Shown here: positions 35,718-47,009 of the stretch, in pieces
Layout of the letters: each line of letters opens with the position of its first letter
Position numbering within the stretch: the first letter of the stretch is position 1
NCBI GenBank assembly: GCA_030390025.1
Contig: JASTWF010000351.1
Location: forward strand, 310,001 to 374,000
Origin: Squalus acanthias
Lineage: Eukaryota
Direction of reading: 5' to 3'
DNA: 64,000 bases
Notes under the pieces: model-generated
Seen by the model: the letters and a program-made list of their open reading frames with translations, nothing else
Databases searched by the model: none
What the model was told of the DNA's origin: nothing
Made by a program: the position numbers and the translations under genes

Positions 35718-36023
35718 GACTTAACCCTTATATTACTTTTTAATTTTCTAGTTTTAGTTTATTTATTGACTTTTGTTTTCCCGAAGCTTACTTAGACCAA
35801 TGTATACTGTACTCCTCTTATTCCTTTTTAAACTAACCAAATCCCACTAGTTTTAGTTTTACTTTCTAGGAAGGTTTGAGGAAAGTACTTACCAGTTAGT
35901 CTTACCTCCCTGGTCTTTCGCTGACTTCCCGGTCTTGTGTCCCCTTGGTCCTACGCCGACTTCCCGCTCCTCCCGGTAACCGTCCTGCCCTGCTGAAAAG
36001 AAACTGAGACCAAAATATTTGTG

Positions 36024-36390
36024 CTCACAGCACCTCACAGCACCTCCGGTCTCGTCGCTCCCGACAACAGCCTGTGAAGAAAAGCCCGCGAAAGTGAGTT
36101 CAAATACTCACAGCACCTCCGGTCTCGTCGCTCCTGACAACAGCCTGTGAAGAAAAGCCCACGAAAGTGAGTTCAAATACTCACAGCACCTCACAGCACC
36201 TCCGGTCTCGTCGCTCCCGACAACAGCCTGTGAAGAAAAGCCCGCGAAAGTGAGTTCAAATACTCACAGCACCTCACAGCACCTCCGGTCTCGTCGCTCC
36301 CGACAACAGCCTGTGAAGAAAAGCCCGCGAAAGTGAGTTCAAATACTCACAGCACCTCACAGCACCTCCGGTCTCGTCGCTCCCGACAAC
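36024..36390. repeat. About 4.5 tandem 83-bp (73-bp variant) monomers forming the CR1 5' end
   Basis: Unit CTCACAGCAC(x1-2)CTCCGGTCTCGTCGCTCCCGACAACAGCCTGTGAAGAAAAGCCCGCGAAAGTGAGTTCAAATA. The period is 83 between 36180 and 36263. Confidence 0.9.
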
Positions 36391-36562
36391 ATCCCCAGGA
36401 CCATTCTGGTAAATCTCCTCTGCAGCCTTGCAAGTGCCTTCACATCCTTTCTAATGTGCAGTGACCAGAACTTGACGCAATACTCCAGTTGTGGCCGAAC
36501 TAGCGCTTTTTAAAGGTTCAGCATAATTTCTCTACTTTTGTACTCAATAGCTCTATTTATGA

Positions 36563-36649
36563 CTTCACCTGATGAAGGAGCAGCGCTCCGAAAGCTTGTG
36601 ATTTCAAATAAAGCTGTTGGACTATAACCTGGTGTTGTGCGACTTCTCA
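36563..36649 (+). mobile_element. 87-bp PLE terminal-repeat insertion, essentially just the hammerhead (36565-36601)
   Basis: TCAC-CTGATGA-AGGAGC(AGC)GCTCC-GAA-AGCT-T-GTGA. TSD CTCTATTTATGA at 36551-36562 and 36650-36661. Confidence 0.88.
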
Positions 36650-36859
36650 CTCTATTTATGAAGCCCAAGATCCCATATGCTTTGCTAACCACTCTCTCAA
36701 CATGTCTCCCCAGCTTCAGGGACCTATGCACATTAACTCCCAGGTCACTCTGTCCCTGCACACTCTTTAGAACTGTGCCATTATGTGTATATTGCCTCTG
36801 CCTGTTCCTGCTGCCAAAATTCATCACATCACACTTCCCTGCATTTCATTTTTCAGACT

Positions 36860-38480
36860 CTGGCATGTGAGTGTGGATGTTATTCTGCATCTGTCAGTCT
36901 TTGTTGTGTGAGTGTGGCTTTATTCTGTATCTTTCAGTATCTGCTAAGTGAGTGGTGTTTTCATTTGTATCGTTCAGACTCTGCTATGTGAGTGGGATTT
37001 TGTTCTGTGTCTGTCAGTTTTCGGTTATGAAATGTGGGTTTTAATCAGTCCCTGCCAGTTTCTGGTATGTGAGAGTGGGTTTTTCTCTGTATCTGTCAGT
37101 TTCTGATATGTGAGTGTGTGTTTCCTTCGGTAAATATTAGCTTCTTCTGTGTAAGTATGGGTTTTACTCTATCTCTTAGTCTCTGGTATGCGAGTGTGGT
37201 TTTTAATGTCTATCTCTTAATCTCTGGTATGTGATTGTGGATTTTACCCTATACCTGTGAGTTTCTGGTGTGTGAGTATGGATTTCACTCTGTACCTGTC
37301 AGTCTCTGGTATGTGAGTGTGGTTTTCCTCTGTATCGTTCAACTTTCATTTCCTCATATTTGAGTGAGATTTTATATGGTACCTATCAGTTTCTGGTGTG
37401 TGAGCCCTGGTTTTGCACTGCATCTCTCAATTTCTGTTATGTGAGAGTGGGTTTTAATCAGTACCTCTCAGTTTCTGGTATGTGAATGTTTGTTTGACAT
37501 TGTATCTGTCAGTGTCTTTTATGTGAGAATTGATTTCACTCCATAGTTGCCACTACTCTGGGATGGGAGTGCGAGTTTGACTCTGTATCTGTCAGTTTGG
37601 GATTTTTTTCTGTACCTGTCAGTTTCAAGTACGTGAATGTGGGTTTCATTCTGTATCTATCAGTTTCTCGTATGGAAGAGCTTTTAAACTTTTACACCTG
37701 CCTGTCTTTGCTATGTGTGTGTGGGTTTTACTCTATATCTGTCATTTTCTAGTATGTGAACGTGTATTTTCACAGAATCACAGAATCCCCACAGTGCAGA
37801 TAGAGGCCATTTCGGCCCATCGAGCCTGCAGCCAAAACATATCCCACCCTATCCCTGTAACCCCACGTATTTAATCCCCCTAACACTAAGGGTCAATTTA
37901 TCATAGCCAAATCAACCTAACCCGCAAATCTTTGGACTGTGGGAGGAAACCGGAGCACCCGGAGGAAATCCATGCAGACACGGGGAGAATGTGCAAACTC
38001 CACACAGACAGTCCCGAGGCCGGATTCGAACCCGGGTCCCTGGCGCTGTGAGGCAACAGTGCTAACCACTATGCCACCGTGTTGCCATGGTGGTACTTTT
38101 ATTTAGTACCTGACAGTTTCTGGTATTTGTGAGTGAGTGTTACTCTCTAACTGTCAGTTTCCAGTATGTGATTGTGGATTTTAATAAGTACCTGCCAGTT
38201 TCTTGTACAGAAGTGTGGATTTTAGTCATATCTGCCCGTCTCTGTTATGTGAGTGTATGTTTTACTCTGTATCTGCCAGGTAGTCATTCTCAGCTACCGT
38301 AAGTGACTGTGATTCATTCTCAATCTGTCATTGACTGTCTGAATGTATGACTCACTCTGTGTCTCTCAGTCTCTGTTACTGTTTGTGAGTGTGGGATTGA
38401 TTATGCATTTGTTACACTGGTAATGTGAGTGAGTGGGAGATTCATTATGTAGTTGACAGTCTCTTGTACTGTACTATTCT
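36860..38480. repeat. Degenerate TG-rich minisatellite, about 41-bp unit
   Basis: Approximate consensus CTCTGTATCTGTCAGTCTCTGGTATGTGAGTGTGGGTTTTA. Interrupted by a SINE. Confidence 0.8.
37770..38086 (-). mobile_element. HE1-like V-SINE with an alternative (GATTCTGT)n tail
   Basis: tRNA-like head (A box TGGCATAGTGG, B box GGTTCGAATCC) and V-domain GTGGAGTTTGCACATTCTCCCCGTGTCTGC...CCTCCGGGTGCTCCGGTTTCCTCCCACAGTCCAAA. Confidence 0.88.
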
Positions 38481-39795
38481 TGCTCTGTGTGACTGTTGGA
38501 TTCCGTTCCTTCTCCACCTTGTGTAGGCCAATGCTAATATGAAATTACCTGTGACTGTCTCAGGAGGAGGTTTGGTTTAGTCTATTACCTCCGATTATCT
38601 AGTCTTGTATTTCAGTTGTTGGGATTGATAGTCCATGTGCAGTCAGCAGTGTGGATTGACAGCGGATCAGTGTCTATCTGTTTGTGAGTAAGGGAATGAA
38701 AATGGTTCTCTCTGTCAGTTCAATATGTTTGGACTTTGAAACAACATCTTATTCTGCTGCTCCAAGTGACTGTGGGATTCATAATGTAACTCTGGGAATT
38801 CGGGTCACTGTGGGACTGACTGCTTCTGCTGCCTGTGATAATAAGATTGAGGCCAGTTCTGTGTCTCTGCGCTCTGTGAGTGATAATGAACTTACTGTGT
38901 GTGAGACGTAGCTGCCTGCACTGTTCCTTGTGTTCCGGGTGGAGGAAAGATCACGTTCATTCTGGCTCGTTGAAGTATTCTGCTATCGAATAATAATATG
39001 AGAACAGTATTAGTTATAAGATATGGACAGGTGCCGGTAGAATAAAAAATAAAGTTATAATCAATGTCTTTGTTTGTAATAAAGTTAAGTATCTGGAGAG
39101 AGGAAACCGTGATACAAACAGTGTCATTATCTGACCTCACTGCAGTACAGCGGCACTCAGATTCTCCACACCAGGTGTGTAGGACGTTTCTATAGTAAGT
39201 TATCAGCATCCAGACACAACCCAAACCCAGCACTGGACCATGAATGGCACCGCCCGATTGGCACAGTCCAGGTTTTTATCTCCCATTACCATTGGACTAC
39301 CTGTAAATATCTGAATCGCTTCGTGGAATATAACAACAAGTTCCTGGGCTCTACACCATTGTTTTCAATCTGTTTAAACCGAATTGAGGGCCTGTGTAGT
39401 TAACAGAATGTCTGGATCCTGATGGATCCGAGGGAGCGACAATCTATCTCCTTAAACACGGTTCTGGAGAACTGAACGCACCCAAACAAAATAACCAATT
39501 TTTGAAATGTGTTCTTTCACAAGCCTCTCTAATCTTTGAATTAATACATTCTGCCACTTCAATGCTACTATCAGGAGGTCTGCAGAAAACTTCCATTTCA
39601 GTTTGAAATCCTCTCTTGTCCTCAATTCTAACCATGGATTCTTCATTGATTGCTTTCCCGTGTTTATATCTTCTCTGACTAAGGCTTTAATATTATATTT
39701 TTTCAATAAGGGGAACCCCTCCTCCTCTTCCAGTTGCCCTGTCCTTTCTAAAGACTTTCTAACCTGGAATATTAAACACCCAATCATGACATGAC

Positions 39796-40068
39796 CTCGG
39801 GGCCATAGATTTATAGTAATTGGTAGAAGGATTAGAGGGGACTTGAGGAGAATTGTTATCACCCAGAGGATGGTGGGGGTCTGGAATGCACTGCCTGAAA
39901 AGTTGGTAGATGCAGAAAACCTCAGCATGTTAAAAAGTACTTGGATATGCACTTGAAGTGCTGTAACCTGCAAGGCTACGGACCTAGAGCTAGAAAGTTG
40001 GATTAGGCGGGATAGCACTTTTTGGGCCGAAAGGCCTCCTTCTGTGCCATACATTTCTATGATTCAAT
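39796..40068 (+). mobile_element. CR1 3' fragment
   Basis: Similar to 4065-4350 (GHRF..., TQRMVGVWNALP) with a CR1-type 3' end. Confidence 0.7.
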
Positions 40069-40206
40069 GATCTGGTATGAAAGTGAGGGCTTTGTTCTGA
40101 AACTGTTAATATCTGGTACGTGACTGTGGGCTTAATTCTTTAGCTGTGTTGTCTGATATATGAGTTTGGATTTTACTCTTTACCAGTCAATTCCTGATAT
40201 ATGAGT

Positions 40207-40790
40207 TCCGTTCAGTCCGTAAGGGGGACCCCGAGCTCCCGGTGGCCTGTCACTTTAATTCACCGCTTCACTCCCACTCTGACCTCACCGTCCTCGGCCT
40301 ATTACACTGTTCCACGGAAGCTCAGCGTAAGCTCGAGGAACAGCACCTCATCTTTCGTTTAGGCACGCTACAGCCCTCTGGACTCAATATCGAGTTCAAC
40401 AATTTTAGATCATAACCTCAGCTCCAATCACATTTATATTTTATTTTATCCACCCTTTTATTTGTCCCCCCCACCTTTTTTTTTCCTCCTAGAAGCTGGC
40501 AGCTGTCCTTCATTCTGCCAGTGGATTTCACACTTCATTCAGCCTTAATCTGTCACATTAACACCACCTCTAGCCTTGCATATCTCTTAATGTCTCTTAA
40601 TGTCTCTTCATCTCCTCCTTTGTTCCTTTATCCCCTCCCCCTTTTCCCAGCTTTACCCTGGCCTTAAATCTATTTGATTTCCAGCTCTTCCCAGTTCTGA
40701 TGAAAGGTCATCGACCTGAAACGTCAACTCTCTTTCTCTCTCTACGGATGCTGCCTGGCCTGCTGAGTTTTTCCAGCGTTTTCTGTTGTT
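40207..40790 (+). mobile_element. 5'-truncated Penelope-like element, family 2
   Basis: 40209-40415 reads RSVRKGDPELPVACHFNSPLHSHSDLTVLGLLHCSTEAQRKLEEQHLIFRLGTLQPSGLNIEFNNFRS*, a PLE GIY-YIG C-terminus. 17-bp TSD ATTCCTGATATATGAGT at 40190-40206 and 40791-40807. Confidence 0.85.
40693..40729 (+). ncRNA. Minimal type I hammerhead ribozyme motif (family 2)
   Basis: AGTT-CTGATGA-AAGGTC(ATC)GACCT-GAA-ACGT-C-AACT. Confidence 0.82.
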
Positions 40791-42036
40791 ATTCCTGATA
40801 TATGAGTATTTGTTTTCCTTTCTGCCTGTCAATTTCTGCTGTGGAAGAGATGGGTTACTCTGAATCTGTAAGATTCTGCTATTTGAGCTTTATCTGTCTG
40901 TATCTGCTATGTGAGTTTTGTTTCTTGCCCTACATTATCTTTCTGTTAGCCAAATGTATGTTTTATTATGTGCCTTTCAGCTTCTAGTATGTGTGTGCGA
41001 GTTTCAATCTGTATCTGTCAGTCAATGAGATATGAGTTTCCACTGTTAACTGTCCAACAGCAACAAACACGGTGAGATTGGAACCGATTCAGGAACATTC
41101 ACTGCTGATTTGGGGGAAGAATGCAGCAATGATTTGAAAGTGCAAGGTGATTTACTTTCTACACATAGCCCGAGAATGGCCTATCCCTTCCCCCACTCAG
41201 TCCAGGTCCCGGAACTAGTTCTTGCTCCACTCTGCCTCGAACAGCCCCCGACTGCCGCTGAACTTACCCCGACTCAAAGCCCATCTGCGGACACAGTCCC
41301 AGTGCGATGTGCTGCTGTAAGGGGGCTGTTGTTTGCTCCCTTACTCAGGCCCGTGATATCTCCGCTCCCCGATGTGTTCAGCGATCATCAGCAGAGCACA
41401 GATGGCAGAGCTGGGGGAGGGGAGCTCGCATGGGCCCTTCCTGTCGGCTGCGGAGCTGAAGCTCAGAGGACGCTGTCTCTGCTCTGTCTGTCACTCTGAT
41501 TCTGTCTCGTCCCAGCCTCTCTCACACTCTGCCTTTCTCAGTCAGATCCGGGCTGGCTTCATAAATTTATCAGGACGGCGAGAATTTATCATTCAGTTTA
41601 TATTCCTGTAAAGAATTGTCAGGTCTGGAAGAGAAAAAGAAGGCAAATGACTGGGGAAAGGCGGAGCCAAACGCCACCGTAAAGTGCTTCTGTTTACATG
41701 CAGCTTTTATATATCTCTTAATTCGTCGGCAGGCGCTGAAAATGAACGGGTCTGATAACAAAGGGAAAGAGCGACCAGGGACCGTGTTTGCAGTTTACTG
41801 GGCGGGAAATTCAACAGCGACGCTGATGTCCAACAAGACATTAAAACTGCTTACTTGAGAATTCAAATCTAAATCTACAGCTTAGAATTTAAGGCTCTCA
41901 AACTTGTTAAGGAAATAATTACAGTAAACTGAATCTACGGGGATATGTGTTCGTGTAGGACTTTCAAAGAGGCAATAGATGGCTCTTAAAAGAGCCGTTG
42001 TGTTTCTGGTTTGTTCTTTCAGGACAGCGTGGAGTT

Positions 42037-42410
42037 TTACTTGGAGCTGGTGTACTTGGTCACCGCCTTTGTCCCTTCCGACACGGCGTGCTTGGCTAGC
42101 TCCCGGGCAGCAGCAGGCGCACGGCGGTCTGGATCTCCCGGGAGCTGATGGTGTGCCGCTTGTTGTAATGGACCAGGCGGGAAGCCTCACCCGCGATGCG
42201 CTCAAAAATATCGTTCACAAACGAGTTCATGATGCTCATGGCCTTGGAGGAGATGCCGGTGTCGGGGTGAACCTGCTTCATCACTTTATAGATGTAGATG
42301 GAGTAACTCTCCTTCCTCGACTTTCTGCGCTTCTTGCCGCCCTTCGCTGCCGGTTTAGAGACGGTTTTCTTGGCGCCCTTCTTGGCAACTGTTTTCTTTT
42401 CGTCAACCAT
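42037..42410 (-). pseudogene. H2B: Histone H2B pseudogene (1-bp deletion near 42100)
   Basis: MVDEKK...[26 protein letters not shown].... It is 374 bp against 375 bp for the intact copy. Stem-loop at 41981-41996. Confidence 0.9.
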
Positions 42411-42643
42411 TCTCAAACTCGATTTCAAACACAAAATGACGCAATTCCGCTCCGCGCTCGGCCTGCCCTCACAGCCCTATGCTAATGAGGGATGGGTGAA
42501 GGCAATGATTGTGATTGGCTGGTTAGGAGTGATGTCAATTTCCATTGTTCTGCATCTCTCTGATTGGCTTCCTGATGTATCCAATCAGATTGAGTGATTG
42601 TCACCAGCACGCCCACTGCAGTCAGAAAGGTCATGCAAGAGCA

Positions 42644-42864
42644 TGAAGCGGAGATGCCGGTGTTGGACTGGGGTGGACAAAAGCGAGAAGTCGCACAACT
42701 CCAGGTTATAGTCCAACAGCTTTATTTAAAATCACAAGCTTTCGGAGCTGCTGCGCCTTCGTCAGGTGAAGTGAAGACTTCACTTCACCTGACGAAGGGG
42801 CAGCAGCTCCGAAAGCTTGTGATTTCAAATAAAACTGTTGGACTATAACCTGGTGTTGTGCGAT
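42644..42864. mobile_element. Fold-back PLE terminal-repeat insertion with a hammerhead in each arm
   Basis: Inverted repeat centred at 42777, with a plus-strand hammerhead at 42785-42822. TSD TGCAAGAGCA at 42634-42643 and 42865-42874. An empty paralogous site lies at about 56455. Confidence 0.88.
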
Positions 42865-43009
42865 TGCAAGAGCAGAGGAAGGATCACCTGCACATTCATC
42901 ATTTCCCAGACCATTATCCAGGGCCCCAAGTACTCTTGCCGGACGGGACAGCAATTTAGATGTACTTCCTCCAACCTGTGCACTATATTCACGCCTTGCG
43001 GTGTGGTCC

Positions 43010-46000
43010 CCACCACTTTAGTTCTGTATCTGTCAGTATCTAGTACTGTGTGTGTGGGTGAATAGGTCAGTATCTCTCAGTCTCTGGTGATTTACGTAAT
43101 TGTGGGAATCATTCTCAATCTCAGTCTCTGTTACAGTATGTGAATGTGGGATTCATACGTTTCCTCTCCGTCACCGATACCACGTTAAAGGGTGGGATTC
43201 TATCTGTATCCGTCAGACTCTGGTACCGTGTCAGTGTTGAGATTCATTCGGAATCTTTCATTCGCTGGTAGTGTATGTGTGTGTGATTTTAATTCTGTTT
43301 CTGTCTGTCACTGGGCTATGTGAGTCTGAGATTAATTCTGCATCTGTCAGTCACTGGGACGGTGTGCAAGTCTAAGGTTCATTCTGCATCTATCAGTCTC
43401 TGGTTCCTGATGTTAGTTTGAGATTCATCCCATTTCTGCTAGTATCTGGTACTGTATGTGAGTGTGAGACTGAATCTATCTGTAAATTAATTGTGCTGCA
43501 TGTGATTGTGTACTAATCCTGTATCTGCAAGGCCCTCTGATGCTCTGTGTTACTGTAAGATTCATTCTCTGACTGTCTGTCTCTGTTCTGTATGTGCGTG
43601 TTACAGTAATTATATATCTGTCAATTTCTAGTGCTGCATGTGGGAGTGAGATTCATTCTGCACCAATCAGTCTTTATTGTGGGGTTAACTTTGTCTCTAT
43701 CATTTGCTAGTACTGTGTACGAGTGTATATTAATTCTGGGTCTGTCACCATCTGATAATCTGTGTCAGTGTGAGATTCATTACCTTTCTCTGCCAATCTG
43801 TGCTACTGTATGTGAGATTGAGATTTATTCTATATCTGTCAGTTCCTCGTATGGCATGTGAGTTTGGGATTTATTCTGTACCTGTCAGTCTCTGATATTG
43901 TATGTGAGAGTCAGTTTAATTCTGTCTGTCACTATCTGCTACTGTATGTGAGTGTGAGATTCTTTCTGTGCATATGTTAGTCTCTGATGCCGTATGTGAG
44001 TGTGAGATTTATTCTCTACCTGTCAGTCTCTGATAATCTGTTTCAGTATGGATTAATTCTGTATTAGTCAGTCTATGATAGTCTACGTGACATTGAGGTA
44101 AATTCTGTATCTGTCAGTCTCTGGTATTATGTTTGAAAGTGAGATTCATTCTGTGTCAGCCTTAATACTTTGTATCAGATTGGGATTCGTTTTGTCTCTA
44201 TCATTTTCTGGTTCTGTACATGAGTGTGGAATTCATTCTGTACCTGTCTGTCTCTGATTCTCTGAGTTAGTGAGAGATTCATTCTATCTTTGTCTGTATG
44301 TGAGAGTTAGAGTAATTCAGTATCTGTCAGTCTCTGGAATTGTATGGAAGTGTGGGATTCATTCTGTATGTGTCATTCTCTGATGCTGTATGTATGAGTG
44401 TGATTAATGCTATATATGTCAGTCTCTTGTGGTCTAACTTAGAATTAAATTAATTCTGGGTCTGTCTGTCTCTAGTACTTTGTGTGAGAGTGGGAATCAT
44501 TCTATATATCTGTCTCTGATACTCTTGTCATTGTGTGATTGATTCTGTATTTGCCAGTGTCTAGTACTGTATGTGACAGTGAGGTACATTCTCTGTCAGT
44601 CCCTGGACTTCGTGTGAGAGTGAGATTAATTCTGTAACAGTCAGTCTTTAAGAATCGCTGTCAGTGTGGGATTAATTGTGTCTCTATCATTTTCTGGTAC
44701 TGTATGTGAGTGTGTGGTTAATTCTGAGTCTGTCACACTCCAATACTTTGTGTCAGTGTGTGATTCAAACTGTACCTCTCAGTCTCTGGCACGTGAATAT
44801 GGAATTTACTCTATACCTGTCAGTCTCTGATGAGAGAGTGTTGGTTTTATTCTGCATCTTTCAATTTCTGTTCTGTGAGAGTGGGTTTTATTCTGTTTCT
44901 GTCAGTCTTTGCTTTGTGAATGTGGGTTTTAGGCTGTGTCTGTCTGTCTATGCTATTTGAATGCATTTTTTATTCTCTATCTATCAGTAAGTGAAGTGTG
45001 AGTGAGGGTTTTATGCTATAACTGTCTGTTTCTGATTTGTGATTGTGAGTTTTACTCTGCATTAATCAGTCTCTGGTTTGTGAATGTGGGTTCTAATCTG
45101 TACCCATCGATCTCTGGTATGCTAGTAGTGGTTTTACTCAGTACCAGTCAGTTTCTGATACATGAGTGTGTGTTGTGCATTCTACCTGTCAATTTCTGCA
45201 ATGGAAGAAATGGTTCACTCCGAATCTGTAAGTTTCTGGTTCGTGAGTGTAGGTTTTCATCTTTATCTCTCAGTCTCTGCTATGTGAGTGTCTTTTTCAC
45301 TATCTTCTTTTTCAGCTATGCAAATGTATGGTTTATTATGAACGTGTCAGCTTCTGTTGTGTGAGTGTGAGTTTCTTGTTTATCAGTCAGTCAGAGGGGA
45401 GTGAGTGTGAGATTATTCTGTCTCTCTCAGTTTCTGGTATCTGAGTGTGCGTTTTTATTTGTACCTGTCAGTCTCTGGTTTGTGAGGACGGGCTTTATTC
45501 TGTACATTTTTGTTTCTTGTATATGCGAGTGGATTGTATTATGTACTTTTTAGTTTTTGTTGTATGTGTGGATTTGTATCAGTACCTGTTAGTTTCTGGG
45601 ATGTGAGTGTGAGTTTTAAGCTGTATCTGTTAATCTCCGGGATGTTAGTGTGGGTTTACTCTATATCTGTCATTTTTTGGGATTTGTGTTCGGGTTTTAC
45701 TCCGTATCTGTTAGTCTTTGTTGTGCGTGACTGTGTATTATTCTATATCAGTCATTTTCTGGTTTCCGAGTGCCAGGTTTTAATCCTTACCTGTCAGTTT
45801 CTGGCATGGAAGAGTGGGTGGTCATTCTATTCCTGACACTCTCTGGTGTGTGAGTGTGGCTTTATTCTGTATGTGTGATGCTCTAGGGGCCGTTTGGCCT
45901 ATTGCTGCTTCTAATTCTGATATCTCTGGGATGTGAGTGTGGGTTTATTCTGTATGTGTGATGCTCTAGGTGCCGTTTGGCCTATTCCTGCTTCTAATTC

Positions 46001-46280
46001 TGATATCTCTGGGATGTGAGTGTGGTTTTTTAACTATAATATTCAGTTTGTGCCACGTGTGTGTGTTTTACTCTGTACCTCTCTGTCTCTGGGATGTGAG
46101 TGTGGGTTCTTCTTTGTTACAGTCACTGTCTGGTATGTCATTATTAGCTTTATTTTGTACCTGTGATTTCTGGTATGTGTGAGTGTGTTGTATTATATAT
46201 CTGTCAGTTTCTGTTATATGATTGAGGATTTTACTCTGTCCCTGACATTCTCTGGTGTGAAGTGTGGGTTTTCCTCTGTC
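43010..46280. repeat. Degenerate TG-rich minisatellite (about 46-bp unit, switching to about 41-bp near 44780)
   Basis: Recurrent TCTGTATCTGTCAGTCTCTGGTA(CTGTA)TGTGAGTGTG(AGATTCAT/GGTTTTAC). Confidence 0.8.
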
Positions 46281-46284
46281 CCTA

Positions 46285-47006
46285 TTCAGAGAGATTTGAG
46301 TGTCCTTTTACACGAATCGCAGAAAGTTAACATGCAGGTACAACAATCAATTAGGAGGTAAAGGTATGTTAGCCTTTATTGCAAAGGGCTTGCTGTAAAA
46401 GAATAAGTAAGTGTTGCAGCAATTATATAGGCCTTTGGTTATATCACAACTGGAGTACTTTACAAATTTTGGTCTCCTTATCTAAGGCAGAATTTACATG
46501 CTTCAGAGGGGGTGCATCAAATGTTCACGAGATTCATTCCTGGGATGAAAGGGCTGTCCTATGAGGAGAGATTGCCTAAAATGGGCATATATTCCCTGGA
46601 GTTTAGAAGAATGAGAGGTTATCTCATTGAAACATTTCAAATTCTTAGCGGGCTTGACAGGGGGTGATGCTGCGAGGCCGTTTCCCCTGGCAGGAGAATC
46701 TAGAACTAGGGGTCATAGTCTCACGATAAGCCGTCGGCTAATTAGGACTGAGATGATGAGAAATGTATCCACTCAGAGGGTTGCGAATCTTTGGAATTCT
46801 CTACTGCATAGGGCTGTGGATGCTCAGTCGATTATTCTGTTCAAGATGGAGATCATAGATTTTTGGCCACTAAGGGAATCGAGGGACATCGGGATAGGGT
46901 GGGAAATTGGAGTTGAGGTACATTTTCTGCCATGATCTTATTGAATGGCGGAGCAAGCTTGAGGGGCTGTATGACCTATTCCTGCTGCTATTCCTTATCT
47001 TCTTAT
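46285..47006 (+). mobile_element. Degenerate CR1 3' fragment
   Basis: QRDLSVL...MQVQQ and TQRVANLWNSL, with a CR1 3' end. Confidence 0.8.
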
Positions 47007-47009
47007 AGC

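Larger units (their letters stand above)
31731..36390 (-). mobile_element. Full-length young CR1 LINE
   Basis: 5' tandem monomers, ORF1, ORF2 and tail (TATGTATC)n. ORF1 and ORF2 each have one frameshift. Confidence 0.92.
31440..36850 (-). mobile_element. Older CR1 RT fragment (31440-31730 and 36391-36850) split by a full-length CR1 and an 87-bp PLE insertion
   Basis: RT C-terminal frames on both sides (31524-31730 and 36391-36827) join as ...AAGATCCCT-CAT-CCCCAGGACCATT. Confidence 0.7.

Noticed and set aside
36024..36390. CRISPR-like array
   Set aside because: The units are contiguous near-identical repeats without unique spacers, in a eukaryotic context with no cas genes.
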